The notes below the pieces were generated by a model that was not told the DNA's origin, made no database searches, and saw only the letters and a list, made by a program, of their open reading frames with translations. Positions 8,068 to 16,475 of a DNA stretch of 38,216 nt are shown here, piece after piece (positions within the stretch are counted from its first letter, which is position 1; each line of letters opens with the position of its first letter). Origin of the DNA: Gemmatimonadota bacterium (GTDB lineage Bacteria > Gemmatimonadota > Gemmatimonadetes > Gemmatimonadales > GWC2-71-9); NCBI GenBank assembly GCA_003220955.1, contig QHTW01000075.1, forward strand, positions 1-38,216. The letters are read 5' to 3'. Position numbers and translations under genes: made by a program.

Positions 8068-9939
8068 CTAAGCGACCCTCCGCCGCCAGCGTGTCGCCTC
8101 GAGTACGAGGTTGTGGAGATCGCTGGGTGTGACACCCGGGACACGCGCGGCCTGCGCGAGGGAGCTGGGACGCACACGATCGAGCTTCTGCCGTGCCTCC
8201 GTCGCGAGTGTGCGCAGCTCGAGATAGGGCAGGTCAGGGGGCAGGATGAACGCCGCGAGCTCGGCGAGTCGCGCGGCCGCCTCGCGCTCTCGCGCCAGAT
8301 AGCCGTCGTACTTGATCTCGATTTCCGCCGCCACGATCGCCTCGGCGGCAGCGTCGGTCCCAACTCCGGCCGCAGCGAACAGCGCGGCCAACGACACGCC
8401 GGGCCGCTTCGCGACCACGGCAATCCGATCACTCTCCGTGAGCGTCGTACCGCTCGCGGCGAGTGGGCCCGTCGCCTCTTCCGGAGTGATCGTCGTCTCG
8501 CGCGCGAGCCGCAGTGCTGACTCTTCCGCCTCGAGCCGTCGCTCCGCGGCGCGCAGCTCGTCGTCGGTCAACAGACCGAGTCGCTCCGCGAGGGGCAGTA
8601 GTCGACGCAGCGCATTGTCTTGGCGGAGGAGCAGGCGGAACTCGGACCGCGACGTGAACAGGCGGTAGGGCTCGTCGACCCCGCGAGTCACGAGATCGTC
8701 GACGAGCACACCGATGTACGCGTCATTACGGCCGAGGACCACTGGCTCCGCGCTGCGGATGCGACGAACGGCGTTGATGCCCGCCACCACACCTTGTCCC
8801 GCCGCTTCCTCATAACCCGTCGTCCCGTTGATCTGACCAGCGAAGAAGAGATGCTCGACGCTCTTCACCTCCAGCCACGGCGTGAGCTGTGTCGGTGGAT
8901 AGTAGTCGTACTCGATCGCATACCCTGGGCGCGTCATTCGCGCGTGCTCGAGCCCTGGGACCGCGTGCAAGAACTCGAGCTGCACGGCCACGGGGAGCGA
9001 TGTGGACAGCCCGTTCACGTACAGCTCGGTTGTGTCGAGCCCTTCGGGCTCGAGGAAGATCTGGTGCCGCTTTGCGGCGGGGAACTTCACGATCTTGTCC
9101 TCGACCGACGGGCAATAGCGTGGCCCGCGACCACTGATCGCGCCGCCGTACAACGCGGACTCCTTCAAGTGTCGCTGGATGATGTCCTTCACCTCTTCGC
9201 CGGCCCACGTGATCCAGCAGGACACCTGACGCGGCCGCTCGATGCGCTCGTGGAAGGAGAAGCGAAAGTCCTCGTTGTCGCCGTCCTGCCGCTCGACGTT
9301 GCTCCAATTCACGGAGCGGCCATCCACGCGCGGCGGAGTCCCGGTCTTGAAGCGTGACACTGTAAGTCCTGTATTTTCAATGATTTGTGCCATCTCTAGC
9401 GATGGCTGATCACCGGCGCGGCCCGCGGCAATTTGCGTGTCGGTGCCGAGGTGGATGCGCCCGCGCAGAAAAGTGCCGGCGGTGATGATCACGGCCCGGG
9501 CCGTGAACCGACGTCCGTCGCCCGTCTCGACTCCGCTGATCCGAGTGCCGCCCTGATCGAAGAGCAGATTTGTGACCATGCCTTGCGTGAGCTCGAGGGC
9601 AGGGAATTGCTCGAGCAACGATCGCACGGCGCGACGGTAGAGCGTGCGATCGGCCTGGGCGCGAGGAGCCCAGACTGCCGGGCCCTTGGAGCGATTCAGC
9701 ATCCGGAACTGAATCGTCGCGCGATCGGCAGCGCGGCCCATGAGACCGCCGAGGGCGTCGACCTCGCGGACGACAGTACCCTTCGCGATCCCGCCGATGG
9801 CGGGATTGCAGGACATCTGCCCGATCGTGTCGAGGACGGAAGTGACCAGCAAAGTCCTGGCGCCGAGGCGCGCTGACATGGCAGCGGCCTCGGTGCCGGC
9901 GTGGCCGCCGCCTACGATGATTACGTCATAGTCGAACAT
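8068..9939 (-). CDS. mnmG: tRNA uridine-5-carboxymethylaminomethyl synthesis enzyme MnmG (GidA)
   Basis: 623 aa. FAD motif DVIIVGGGHAGTEAA and full-length GidA-like sequence. Confidence 0.95.
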   Translation of the reverse strand: MFDYDVIIVGGGHAGTEAAAMSARLGARTLLVTSVLDTIGQMSCNPAIGGIAKGTVVREVDALGGLMGRAADRATIQFRMLNRSKGPAVWAPRAQADRTLYRRAVRSLLEQFPALELTQGMVTNLLFDQGGTRISGVETGDGRRFTARAVIITAGTFLRGRIHLGTDTQIAAGRAGDQPSLEMAQIIENTGLTVSRFKTGTPPRVDGRSVNWSNVERQDGDNEDFRFSFHERIERPRQVSCWITWAGEEVKDIIQRHLKESALYGGAISGRGPRYCPSVEDKIVKFPAAKRHQIFLEPEGLDTTELYVNGLSTSLPVAVQLEFLHAVPGLEHARMTRPGYAIEYDYYPPTQLTPWLEVKSVEHLFFAGQINGTTGYEEAAGQGVVAGINAVRRIRSAEPVVLGRNDAYIGVLVDDLVTRGVDEPYRLFTSRSEFRLLLRQDNALRRLLPLAERLGLLTDDELRAAERRLEAEESALRLARETTITPEEATGPLAASGTTLTESDRIAVVAKRPGVSLAALFAAAGVGTDAAAEAIVAAEIEIKYDGYLAREREAAARLAELAAFILPPDLPYLELRTLATEARQKLDRVRPSSLAQAARVPGVTPSDLHNLVLEATRWRRRVA

Positions 9940-9972
9940 GGTGAGAAACTACAGAGCGAGGACCGGCAAATG

Positions 9973-10017
9973 CTAGACGTCGAGACGTCGAGTGGGATCT
10001 AGCGGGAGGTTGGAGGT
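9973..10017. repeat. Left inverted repeat of the four-helix-bundle cassette; contains the CTAGACGTCGAGACGTC core
   Basis: CTAGACGTCGAGACGTCgagtgggaTCTAGCGGGAGGTTGGAGGT. The reverse complement of 10456-10493 reads CTAGACGTCGAGACATCTAGCGGCGGGAGGCTGGAGCT. Confidence 0.7.
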
Positions 10018-10382
10018 AGACGCGCTGCGCTCGCGGTGATCTTTCTGAGCAGACCAAAGAGAGTTTTCCCGGTTTCCGTGGCCAGTGCTTCCAACCTGCC
10101 GAACTCTGCCGGATCGATGTATTCCAGTCGTCGTGCTAAGCCCAGGGCAGTCTCCACCTCCGCTAACGAACCATGTGCCATGTCGAGAAACTTTCGATAC
10201 TCGCGTGAGCCCCTGCGCGAACTCCCCTCGGCGATGTTCAACACAACACTATATGCTGCGCGACGCAGCTGATCCGCCAAACGTTCCTGCTCGTAATCGG
10301 GAAATGCTTTCGAGACACGAGCGCATTCGATCGCGAGTCTTTCGGCGTGTTGCCACGCCTTGAGTGTCTTGTAGGGTGCCAT
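9999..10382 (-). CDS. Four-helix-bundle protein (23S rRNA intervening-sequence protein / Avd-like family)
   Basis: MAPYKTLKAWQHAERLAIE...QLRRAAYSVVLNIAEGSSRRGSREYRKFLDMAHGSLAEVETAL is the family signature. Track ORF trimmed to Met18. Visibly lower GC than its neighbours. Confidence 0.85.
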   Translation of the reverse strand: MAPYKTLKAWQHAERLAIECARVSKAFPDYEQERLADQLRRAAYSVVLNIAEGSSRRGSREYRKFLDMAHGSLAEVETALGLARRLEYIDPAEFGRLEALATETGKTLFGLLRKITASAARLPPTSR

Positions 10383-10455
10383 CGAATAAAGATTGAGACA
10401 CAAAACAAGAAGCACGACACCGAAATCACACATGCCGTGCCTTTCCTATGCCTTC

Positions 10456-10493
10456 AGCTCCAGCCTCCCGCCGCTAGATGTCTCGACGTCTAG
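10456..10493. repeat. Right inverted repeat of the four-helix-bundle cassette
   Basis: Inverted copy of 9973-10017 (see that entry). Lies 13 nt below the ABC permease stop. Confidence 0.7.
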
Positions 10494-10505
10494 TCTTTGC
10501 AGGTC

Positions 10506-11750
10506 CTAGGCCGTACGCACCCAGCGTACCAACTCCTTCACCGTTGGCCGTTTCCCGGTCATGAGAATGCCCACCCTATAAACCCACGTGACCGCCACGA
10601 TTCCAATCGCGAGTATCACAAGTGACGCCGCCAATTCCCAGGTCGGCATGCTGCCCGCCGTCCACCGTACTGGCGTCGCGATCGGCGTCGTAAACGGCAC
10701 GAGCGAGAGTGTCCTCGCAAACGTCGAGCTGGGATCGTTCGTGAGCCCGAGAATCGAGAGGTACGAAACCATCAGAAGGTAGGTAACCGGCTGCTGCGCC
10801 TGACGCGCCTCCTGCTCGTTGCTCGACATCGCACCCACTGCCGCGAACATCGCCGAGTACAGGAGAAAACCGCCAAGGAAGAACGCGATAAAGACCGCGA
10901 GGGTCGCGGCTGGAATGTGTGGCAGCACCATCGTCTGGACCGAGGCGGGGTCGGCGCCCAGCGCCCGCGCGATCGGACCCCGGAGCGAAAGCAACACGCG
11001 CGCCGAGACGCCCCAGATCACGAATTGAAAGAAGGAAACGGAACCCGCTCCCAGAATCTTGCCGAGCATGAGCTGGAATGGACGAATCGACGAGACGAGC
11101 ACCTCGATGATCCGGGTCGTCTTTTCCTCCAGCACCGAGCTCATGACGTTCACCCCATACAGCAGAATCGCCATGAACAGCAGGATCGCCATGAAATAGG
11201 CCATGAAGAACGATTGCGTCGCGCTGTCGGACACGGCCTTGCCGTGCGATATCTTCTTTTGGTCCAACGCGATACGTATCTGGGCCCAGTCAACGACTCC
11301 GGGGTTCACACCCCTTTGCTCGAGGCGCGCCTTCACGACCAGTTTGCCGAGCGTCCGCTGCAACGACTCGATAGTCTGCATGCCGAGGTTGGATGCCTGA
11401 TACTCGGCGCGACCCGTTTGGACCAAGTCGTCTGTGATGATCAAAAATCCGTTCAACTGTTTCGACTCGACGAGGTTACTGAGGGAATCGATCACACCCG
11501 GACCCGCGGCCGCGAGCGTCGCCCGGAACGAGCCGCTGGCGTCCAACGCTTCGATGACTTTCGGGCCCAGCTTGTCGGTCGTGCTGTCCACCACGGCGAC
11601 GTTCCGGACGGCCCCGCCCATGGACTGGACGATCTGGAAGACGATGATCCCGGCGAAGAGCACGGGACCCAGGATCGCCGATACCCAGAACCACTTGGTC
11701 CGCACGCGCTCGACGAACTCGCGGCGAACGACCGCCCAGATCTTATGCAT
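10506..11750 (-). CDS. ABC-2 type transporter permease (NatB-like)
   Basis: Starts MHKIWAVVRREFVERVRTKWFW. One N-terminal TM helix, a large loop, then 5 C-terminal TM helices. Track ORF (502 aa) trimmed. ATG overlaps the ATPase stop by 8 nt. Confidence 0.85.
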   Translation of the reverse strand: MHKIWAVVRREFVERVRTKWFWVSAILGPVLFAGIIVFQIVQSMGGAVRNVAVVDSTTDKLGPKVIEALDASGSFRATLAAAGPGVIDSLSNLVESKQLNGFLIITDDLVQTGRAEYQASNLGMQTIESLQRTLGKLVVKARLEQRGVNPGVVDWAQIRIALDQKKISHGKAVSDSATQSFFMAYFMAILLFMAILLYGVNVMSSVLEEKTTRIIEVLVSSIRPFQLMLGKILGAGSVSFFQFVIWGVSARVLLSLRGPIARALGADPASVQTMVLPHIPAATLAVFIAFFLGGFLLYSAMFAAVGAMSSNEQEARQAQQPVTYLLMVSYLSILGLTNDPSSTFARTLSLVPFTTPIATPVRWTAGSMPTWELAASLVILAIGIVAVTWVYRVGILMTGKRPTVKELVRWVRTA

Positions 11751-12663
11751 TGGCGCCGCCGTTTGCGCCGCGAGCGCCGCTCGCCGCCGCCGTGGCAGCC
11801 TCGGGACCAACGAGATCCACGAAGATTTTGTGCAGTGAGGGGCTTGCCAACTCGAAGCGGGCGAGCCGCGCTCCAGAGTTGACCAGTGCCTTGAGGATCT
11901 CCTGGGCATCGGCCCCCGTCGCGAGCTCCAGCTCCGCCTGCTGGCCGAAGTCCTGCAGCTTCGCCACGAGCTGCCGGTCCGCGAAGATCTGCCGCGCGTT
12001 CCCCTGGGTGCCATCGAACTCGACGATCACGTGCTTGCCACCATGCGTATGCTTGACCTCGGCCAGCGTGCCATCGATGAGCTTTTTGCCGCGCGCGATG
12101 ATGCAGAGGCGGTCACAGAGTTTTTCCGCATGCTCCATGATGTGAGTGGAGAAGAGGACAGTCTTGCCCCGGTGCCGGTAGTCGACGACGGTGTCGCGGA
12201 GCACCTGAGAGTTCACGGGATCGAGTCCCGAGAAGGGCTCGTCAAGGATGACGAGATCGGGATCGTGCAGGATCGTAGAAATGAACTGCACCTTCTGCTG
12301 CATGCCTTTGGAAAGATCGGAGACTTTGCGCAGACGCCAGTCGGCGAGCCCGAGCCGCTCCAGCCATTCCAGTGCCTTGACGCGCGCAGCTCGACGCGAC
12401 ACGCCCTTCGCCTCCGCGAGGAAGACGAGCACGTCGAGGACCCGCATCCGCGGGTACAGCCCGCGCTCTTCCGGCAAATAGCCGATGCGCGCCGAATGTA
12501 TCCGGCCACCCCCGACCTGATCGAACAGCCGGATCGAGCCCGCATCGGGCTCGTAGATGTCCATGATCATGCGCAGCGTGGTCGTCTTGCCGGCGCCGTT
12601 CTCGACTGCGGTGTGACCCGAGAAGCGCTTGGTGACGCGATCGACGACGACGGGTTCAGGCAT
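11743..12663 (-). CDS. ABC transporter ATP-binding protein (NatA-like), lacking the segment just before Walker A
   Basis: NGAGKTTTLRMI, signature LSKGMQQKV, Walker B LVILDEPFSGLD and H-loop STH are present. The N-terminus reads KRFSGHTAVE-NGAGKTT, about 17 aa shorter than family members here. Confidence 0.8.
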   Translation of the reverse strand: MPEPVVVDRVTKRFSGHTAVENGAGKTTTLRMIMDIYEPDAGSIRLFDQVGGGRIHSARIGYLPEERGLYPRMRVLDVLVFLAEAKGVSRRAARVKALEWLERLGLADWRLRKVSDLSKGMQQKVQFISTILHDPDLVILDEPFSGLDPVNSQVLRDTVVDYRHRGKTVLFSTHIMEHAEKLCDRLCIIARGKKLIDGTLAEVKHTHGGKHVIVEFDGTQGNARQIFADRQLVAKLQDFGQQAELELATGADAQEILKALVNSGARLARFELASPSLHKIFVDLVGPEAATAAASGARGANGGANA

Positions 12664-12673
12664 GCCCAACAAG

Positions 12674-12729
12674 CTAGACGTCGAGACGTCTAGACGTCCA
12701 GACGTCTAGCGGCGTGGGGAAGTGGCGGA
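12674..12729. repeat. Tandem/palindromic AGACGTC repeat element (four octamer units plus TCTAGCGGCG extension)
   Basis: CTAGACGTCGAGACGTCTAGACGTCCAGACGTCTAGCGGCGTGGGGAAGTGGCGGA. Same core and extension as the cassette inverted repeats. Located just 3' of sufS. Confidence 0.75.
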
Positions 12730-12733
12730 AGGG

Positions 12734-13960
12734 CTAGGCCGGTACGCCGAACAGCTCGCCGGCCTTTCGAACTGCGGTCACCAAAGCATCGATATCGTCG
12801 AGGTCATTGTAGATGTAGAAGGACGCGCGCGCGGTCGCGGCGACGCCGAGCCGCCGCATCAACGGCTGCGTACAGTGGTGGCCCGCCCGAATACAGACGC
12901 CGTCCTTGTCGAGGATCGTCGCGAGGTCGTGGGGATGAATGTCGCCGTAGGTAAACGGTACGACGCCGGCGCGGTGATCGGGCGGTCCGTAGACCGTGAC
13001 GCCCTCGATCTGACTGAGCCGGTCGACGGCAATCCGCGCCAGCTCCTGTTCGTGCGCCGCCACGCGTTCCATTCCTAACTTTTCCAGATATGCGATGGCG
13101 GCCCCTAGGCCGACCGCCGCCTCCACATTCGGCGTCCCGCCCTCGAACTTGTGCGGGATCTTGTTCCAGCTGGAGCGGTCGTCCCAGACCCGCTCGATCA
13201 TCTCGCCGCCGCCGTGGTACGGCGGCATCGCTTCGAGGAGCGCCGGCTTGGCGATCAGCGCTCCGCTCCCCATCGGCGCGAGCATCTTGTGACCGGAAAG
13301 GGCGTAGAAGTCGCAGTCGAGCACCTGCACATCAACCCGGAGATGTGGACTGGACTGCGCCCCGTCGACGACGGTCACCGCGCCCGCCGCACGGGCCAGT
13401 TTGATCAGCTGCGCGGCCGGATTGACTGTCCCGAGCGAATTCGAGACACACGGAAAGGCGACGAGTTTCGGCTTCGCCTCGAGGGCGCGTCCAAAGTCGG
13501 CTAGATCGATGCGGCCGTCCGCGGTGATCTCCACCATCCGGAGTGTGGCGCCCTTTTCCTGACACAGGATCTGCCACGGAACGATGTTCGAGTGGTGATC
13601 CATCGCCGTGACGACCACCGTATCACCGCGCCCGACATTGGTCCGGCCCCACGACGCGGCGACGAGATTGATGGATTCGGTCGTGCCGCGCGTGAAGACG
13701 ACGCCCTCGCGAGCCCACGCGTTGACGAAGCGGGCGACGGCCGTGCGGGCGGCCTCGTAGGCATCGGTGGCTTCGACCGCGAGCGCGTACGCGCCGCGGT
13801 GGACGTTGGCGTTGTGGAACGTGTAGTAGTGGACGATCGCGTCGATGACCTTCCGAGGCTTCTGACTGGTCGCCGCGTTGTCCAAATACACCAGGCGTTG
13901 CCCGTTCTCCTGCCGCCCGAGAATCGGGAAGTCGGGGCGGATTCTGGCGGTGTCGAGCAT
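12734..13960 (-). CDS. sufS: Cysteine desulfurase SufS (class II aminotransferase V)
   Basis: MLDTARIRPDFPIL...YLDNAATSQKP...ALSGHKMLAPMG...RAGHHCTQPL. The 622-aa track ORF is trimmed to Met215, whose ATG shares 1 nt with the sufU stop. Confidence 0.95.
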   Translation of the reverse strand: MLDTARIRPDFPILGRQENGQRLVYLDNAATSQKPRKVIDAIVHYYTFHNANVHRGAYALAVEATDAYEAARTAVARFVNAWAREGVVFTRGTTESINLVAASWGRTNVGRGDTVVVTAMDHHSNIVPWQILCQEKGATLRMVEITADGRIDLADFGRALEAKPKLVAFPCVSNSLGTVNPAAQLIKLARAAGAVTVVDGAQSSPHLRVDVQVLDCDFYALSGHKMLAPMGSGALIAKPALLEAMPPYHGGGEMIERVWDDRSSWNKIPHKFEGGTPNVEAAVGLGAAIAYLEKLGMERVAAHEQELARIAVDRLSQIEGVTVYGPPDHRAGVVPFTYGDIHPHDLATILDKDGVCIRAGHHCTQPLMRRLGVAATARASFYIYNDLDDIDALVTAVRKAGELFGVPA

Positions 13961-14430
13961 CAGAAATCCTTCGCCGATTCGGTCGTCACCGGCTCGGCGC
14001 TGCCCTCTAGCGCCGCGTGCAGCGCGTGCCAGGCGAGATTCGCGCACTTTATCCGGCTTGGAAACGCGCGCACGCCCGAAAATGCCGCGAGTTTGCCCGG
14101 CGCGTTCGCCCCGCCCGCGAGCATGGTCCGAAACGCCTCGAACATCGCTTCGGCATCGCCCATCCGCTTGCCCTTGACGGCTTCCGTCATCAGCGAGGCG
14201 GATGCCTTGGAGATCGCGCACCCGGAGCCCTGGGGCATCTGAAAGCCGACGTCGCTGATCGTGTCGCCGTCGAGCTGCACGTATAGCTGAATGCGGTCGC
14301 CGCACAGCGGATTGTTCCCCTCGGCTTTGCGATTCGCCGATTCGACGCGCTTGAAATTTCGCGGATTGCGGTTGTGGTCGAGGATGACCTGCTGGTAGAG
14401 CTCGCTGAGGTCTGGTGGGGCGCTGCTCAT
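13960..14430 (-). CDS. sufU: SUF system Fe-S assembly scaffold SufU (NifU/IscU-like)
   Basis: 156 aa. LYQQVILDHNRNPRN, PLCGD, GSGCAISKASASLMTE and RIKCANLAW motifs. ATGA overlap with the end of sufD. Confidence 0.9.
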   Translation of the reverse strand: MSSAPPDLSELYQQVILDHNRNPRNFKRVESANRKAEGNNPLCGDRIQLYVQLDGDTISDVGFQMPQGSGCAISKASASLMTEAVKGKRMGDAEAMFEAFRTMLAGGANAPGKLAAFSGVRAFPSRIKCANLAWHALHAALEGSAEPVTTESAKDF

Positions 14431-15705
14431 TGCTCCGCCAGTCGACCGCGCACGATTGCGTCGAGCTGCAACCGGAGCGACGCGACGTCCATGCGACCGA
14501 GGATTTCGGCGGCAAACCCGTATGTGAGCAGGCGGCGCGCTTCGTGTTCGCCGATGCCGCGGCTGCACAGGTAGAACAGCGCGCGCGGATCGAGCGGCCC
14601 AACCGTCGAGCCGTGCGTGCACTTCACGTCGTCGGCGTAGATCTCGAGCTGCGGCTGGCTGTCGGCGTGCGCGTCTGTCGACAGCAACAGGTTGTTGTTG
14701 GTTTGCTTCGAATCGGTCTTCTGCGCACCGGGCCGGACGATGATGCGGCCGGTGAACACGCCGCGCGATTTCTCGTCGAGCACACCGTTGAAGTATTCGT
14801 GGCTCTGGCAGTGATCGGCCGCATGATCGATCGTTGTGTGGTGATCGGCGTGTTGCTGACCCGCGAGGAGATACAGGCCATTGAGGATCAAGGTCCCGCC
14901 CGGACCGGCCATCACGGCGCCGATATCGTGGCGCGCGAGTTTTCCACCGAACGCGACGAAGTGAAGATTGAGTGTGCTGTCCCGTCCCTGGTGCGACTGG
15001 GTCGCCGCGACGTGATAGGCCCGATCGCTTTCGCGCTGCACGCGGTGGTAGTCGAGGCGGGCACCATCCCCAACCACGATCTCGGTGACCGCGTTGGTCC
15101 AGTAGGCAGGTCTCGACAATCGCGGCCCGCGCCTCGCGCTCTATGACCACGAGATTGCGAGGATGAGTGACCACCTGCTTGTCGCCAGTCGTCAGGAACA
15201 CCAGCTGGACCGGCTCGGCAACCGTCGCCTTGGCCGGCACGTGAACGAATGCTCCGTCGCTCACGAACGCGGTATTGAGCGCGGAGAACGGCCGGTCCTG
15301 CGTTGCGGCGTACTTGGCGAGATGCTGGCGAACGAGATCCTGCCGATGCGTGACGACGTGGGCGAGACTCTGAACGTCGTCAAAAAAAGGCGTCGAAAGA
15401 GAGCGTTGAAAAAAACCGTCAACAAAGACGAGCCGGTATCCGGCTTCGAGCACGAGAAACCGGCGGATCTCTTCGAGCGACGGAATCCGCGTCGGCGGTT
15501 TCGCCAGATCGAAGGCGCCCTCGGCGATCGGCGCGACGCTGGTGAAGCGCCACGCCTCCTGCTTCATGTTCGGAAAACCGAGATCGTGAAAGCGGGCGAT
15601 GCTGCCTTCGCGCAGATCCTTCAGCCAATCTGGAGCGCGCGACGCGCCGTTCGAGGCCCAGGCCCGGTACGATCCTACCAGCTGTTCTACATGCGCCATC
15701 GTCAC
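14427..15705 (-). pseudogene. sufD: Fe-S cluster assembly protein SufD, interrupted by an apparent 1-nt frameshift near 15105-15115
   Basis: The N-terminal ~198 aa are in the frame of track ORF 13960-15705 (to ...ARAAIVET). The C-terminal ~228 aa (AYWTNAVTEIVVGDGARL...CTHGSTVGPLD...) are in the frame of ORF 14427-15119. This could be a sequencing error rather than true decay. Confidence 0.8.
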
Positions 15706-16475
15706 GACACCATGGCGGCATCACGAAGCCAGTCGTAGCCTTTTGCCTCGAGTTCGTGTGCCAATTCCGGGCCGCCGGACTTCACGATCCGGCCGTCCGC
15801 TAGGACGTGGACGACGTCGGGTGTGATGTAGTTCAGCAACCGCTGGTAGTGCGTGACGATCAAGAACGCACGACTGGGCGCGCGCAGCTTATTGACGGTC
15901 TCGGCGACGGTTTTCAGCGCGTCGATGTCGAGCCCGGAGTCCGTCTCATCGAGGATCGCCAGGCGCGGCTCGAGGACCGCAAGCTGCAGGATTTCGTTGC
16001 GCTTCTTTTCGCCGCCGGAGAACCCTTCGTTCACCGGACGGTTCATCATCGAATCGTCCCAGCCGATCGCCTTGAGCTTCTGCTCGAGAAACTGGAGGAA
16101 GTCGATCGGATCGAGCTCCGCTTCCCCCCGCTCCCTGCGCAGCGCGTTCAGGGCCGACCGCAGGAAGTAGGAATTCGTGATCCCGCGAATCTCCACCGGG
16201 TATTGGAACGCGAGGAAGACGCCGGCGCGCGCCCGCTCCTCCGGTTTCATGTCGAGTAAGTCCTTGCCCTCGTACTTCGCGGTCCCGGCGAGCACCGTGT
16301 ATGCCGGGTGGCCGGCGAGCACCTGTGCCAGCGTGCTCTTGCCCGAGCCATTCGGTCCCATGATCGCGTGCACTTCGCCATCGCGAATCGCGAGATCGAC
16401 ACCCTTGAGGATCTCGTTGCCCGCAACGGCGACGCGAAGGCCTTGGACTTCGAGTAGCGCCTTCCCTTTCGTCAC
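15702..16475 (-). CDS. sufC: Fe-S cluster assembly ATPase SufC
   Basis: [29 protein letters not shown] and [12 protein letters not shown] motifs. Confidence 0.95.
   Translation of the reverse strand: MTKGKALLEVQGLRVAVAGNEILKGVDLAIRDGEVHAIMGPNGSGKSTLAQVLAGHPAYTVLAGTAKYEGKDLLDMKPEERARAGVFLAFQYPVEIRGITNSYFLRSALNALRRERGEAELDPIDFLQFLEQKLKAIGWDDSMMNRPVNEGFSGGEKKRNEILQLAVLEPRLAILDETDSGLDIDALKTVAETVNKLRAPSRAFLIVTHYQRLLNYITPDVVHVLADGRIVKSGGPELAHELEAKGYDWLRDAAMVS

Noticed and set aside
12674-12712. Short tandem repeats (four 8-nt units), considered as a possible CRISPR or tandem-repeat locus.
   Set aside because: The units are only 8 nt long, contiguous and without spacers, and there are no cas genes. 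They are better described as overlapping palindromic hairpins of the AGACGTC repeat family.
12734-14602. Very long N-terminal extensions in track ORFs: sufS as 622 aa, 26870-28519 as 549 aa, 28135-29625 as 496 aa, 10506-12014 as 502 aa, and 13960-15705 as 581 aa.
   Set aside because: The extensions run through the upstream genes in another frame and are Arg-rich nonsense. Conserved N-termini begin at internal Met/GTG codons that overlap the upstream stop codons (13960, 28138, 29517, 11750, 14430). I therefore trimmed the genes rather than calling fusions with the upstream genes.
15375-15430. A/T homopolymer runs (two runs of ~7) inside sufD, considered as the site of the sufD frameshift.
   Set aside because: The SufD reading frame is continuous and family-like across this stretch (LVFVDGFFQRSLSTPFFDD). 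The actual frame change is ~270 nt downstream in the gene, near 15108.
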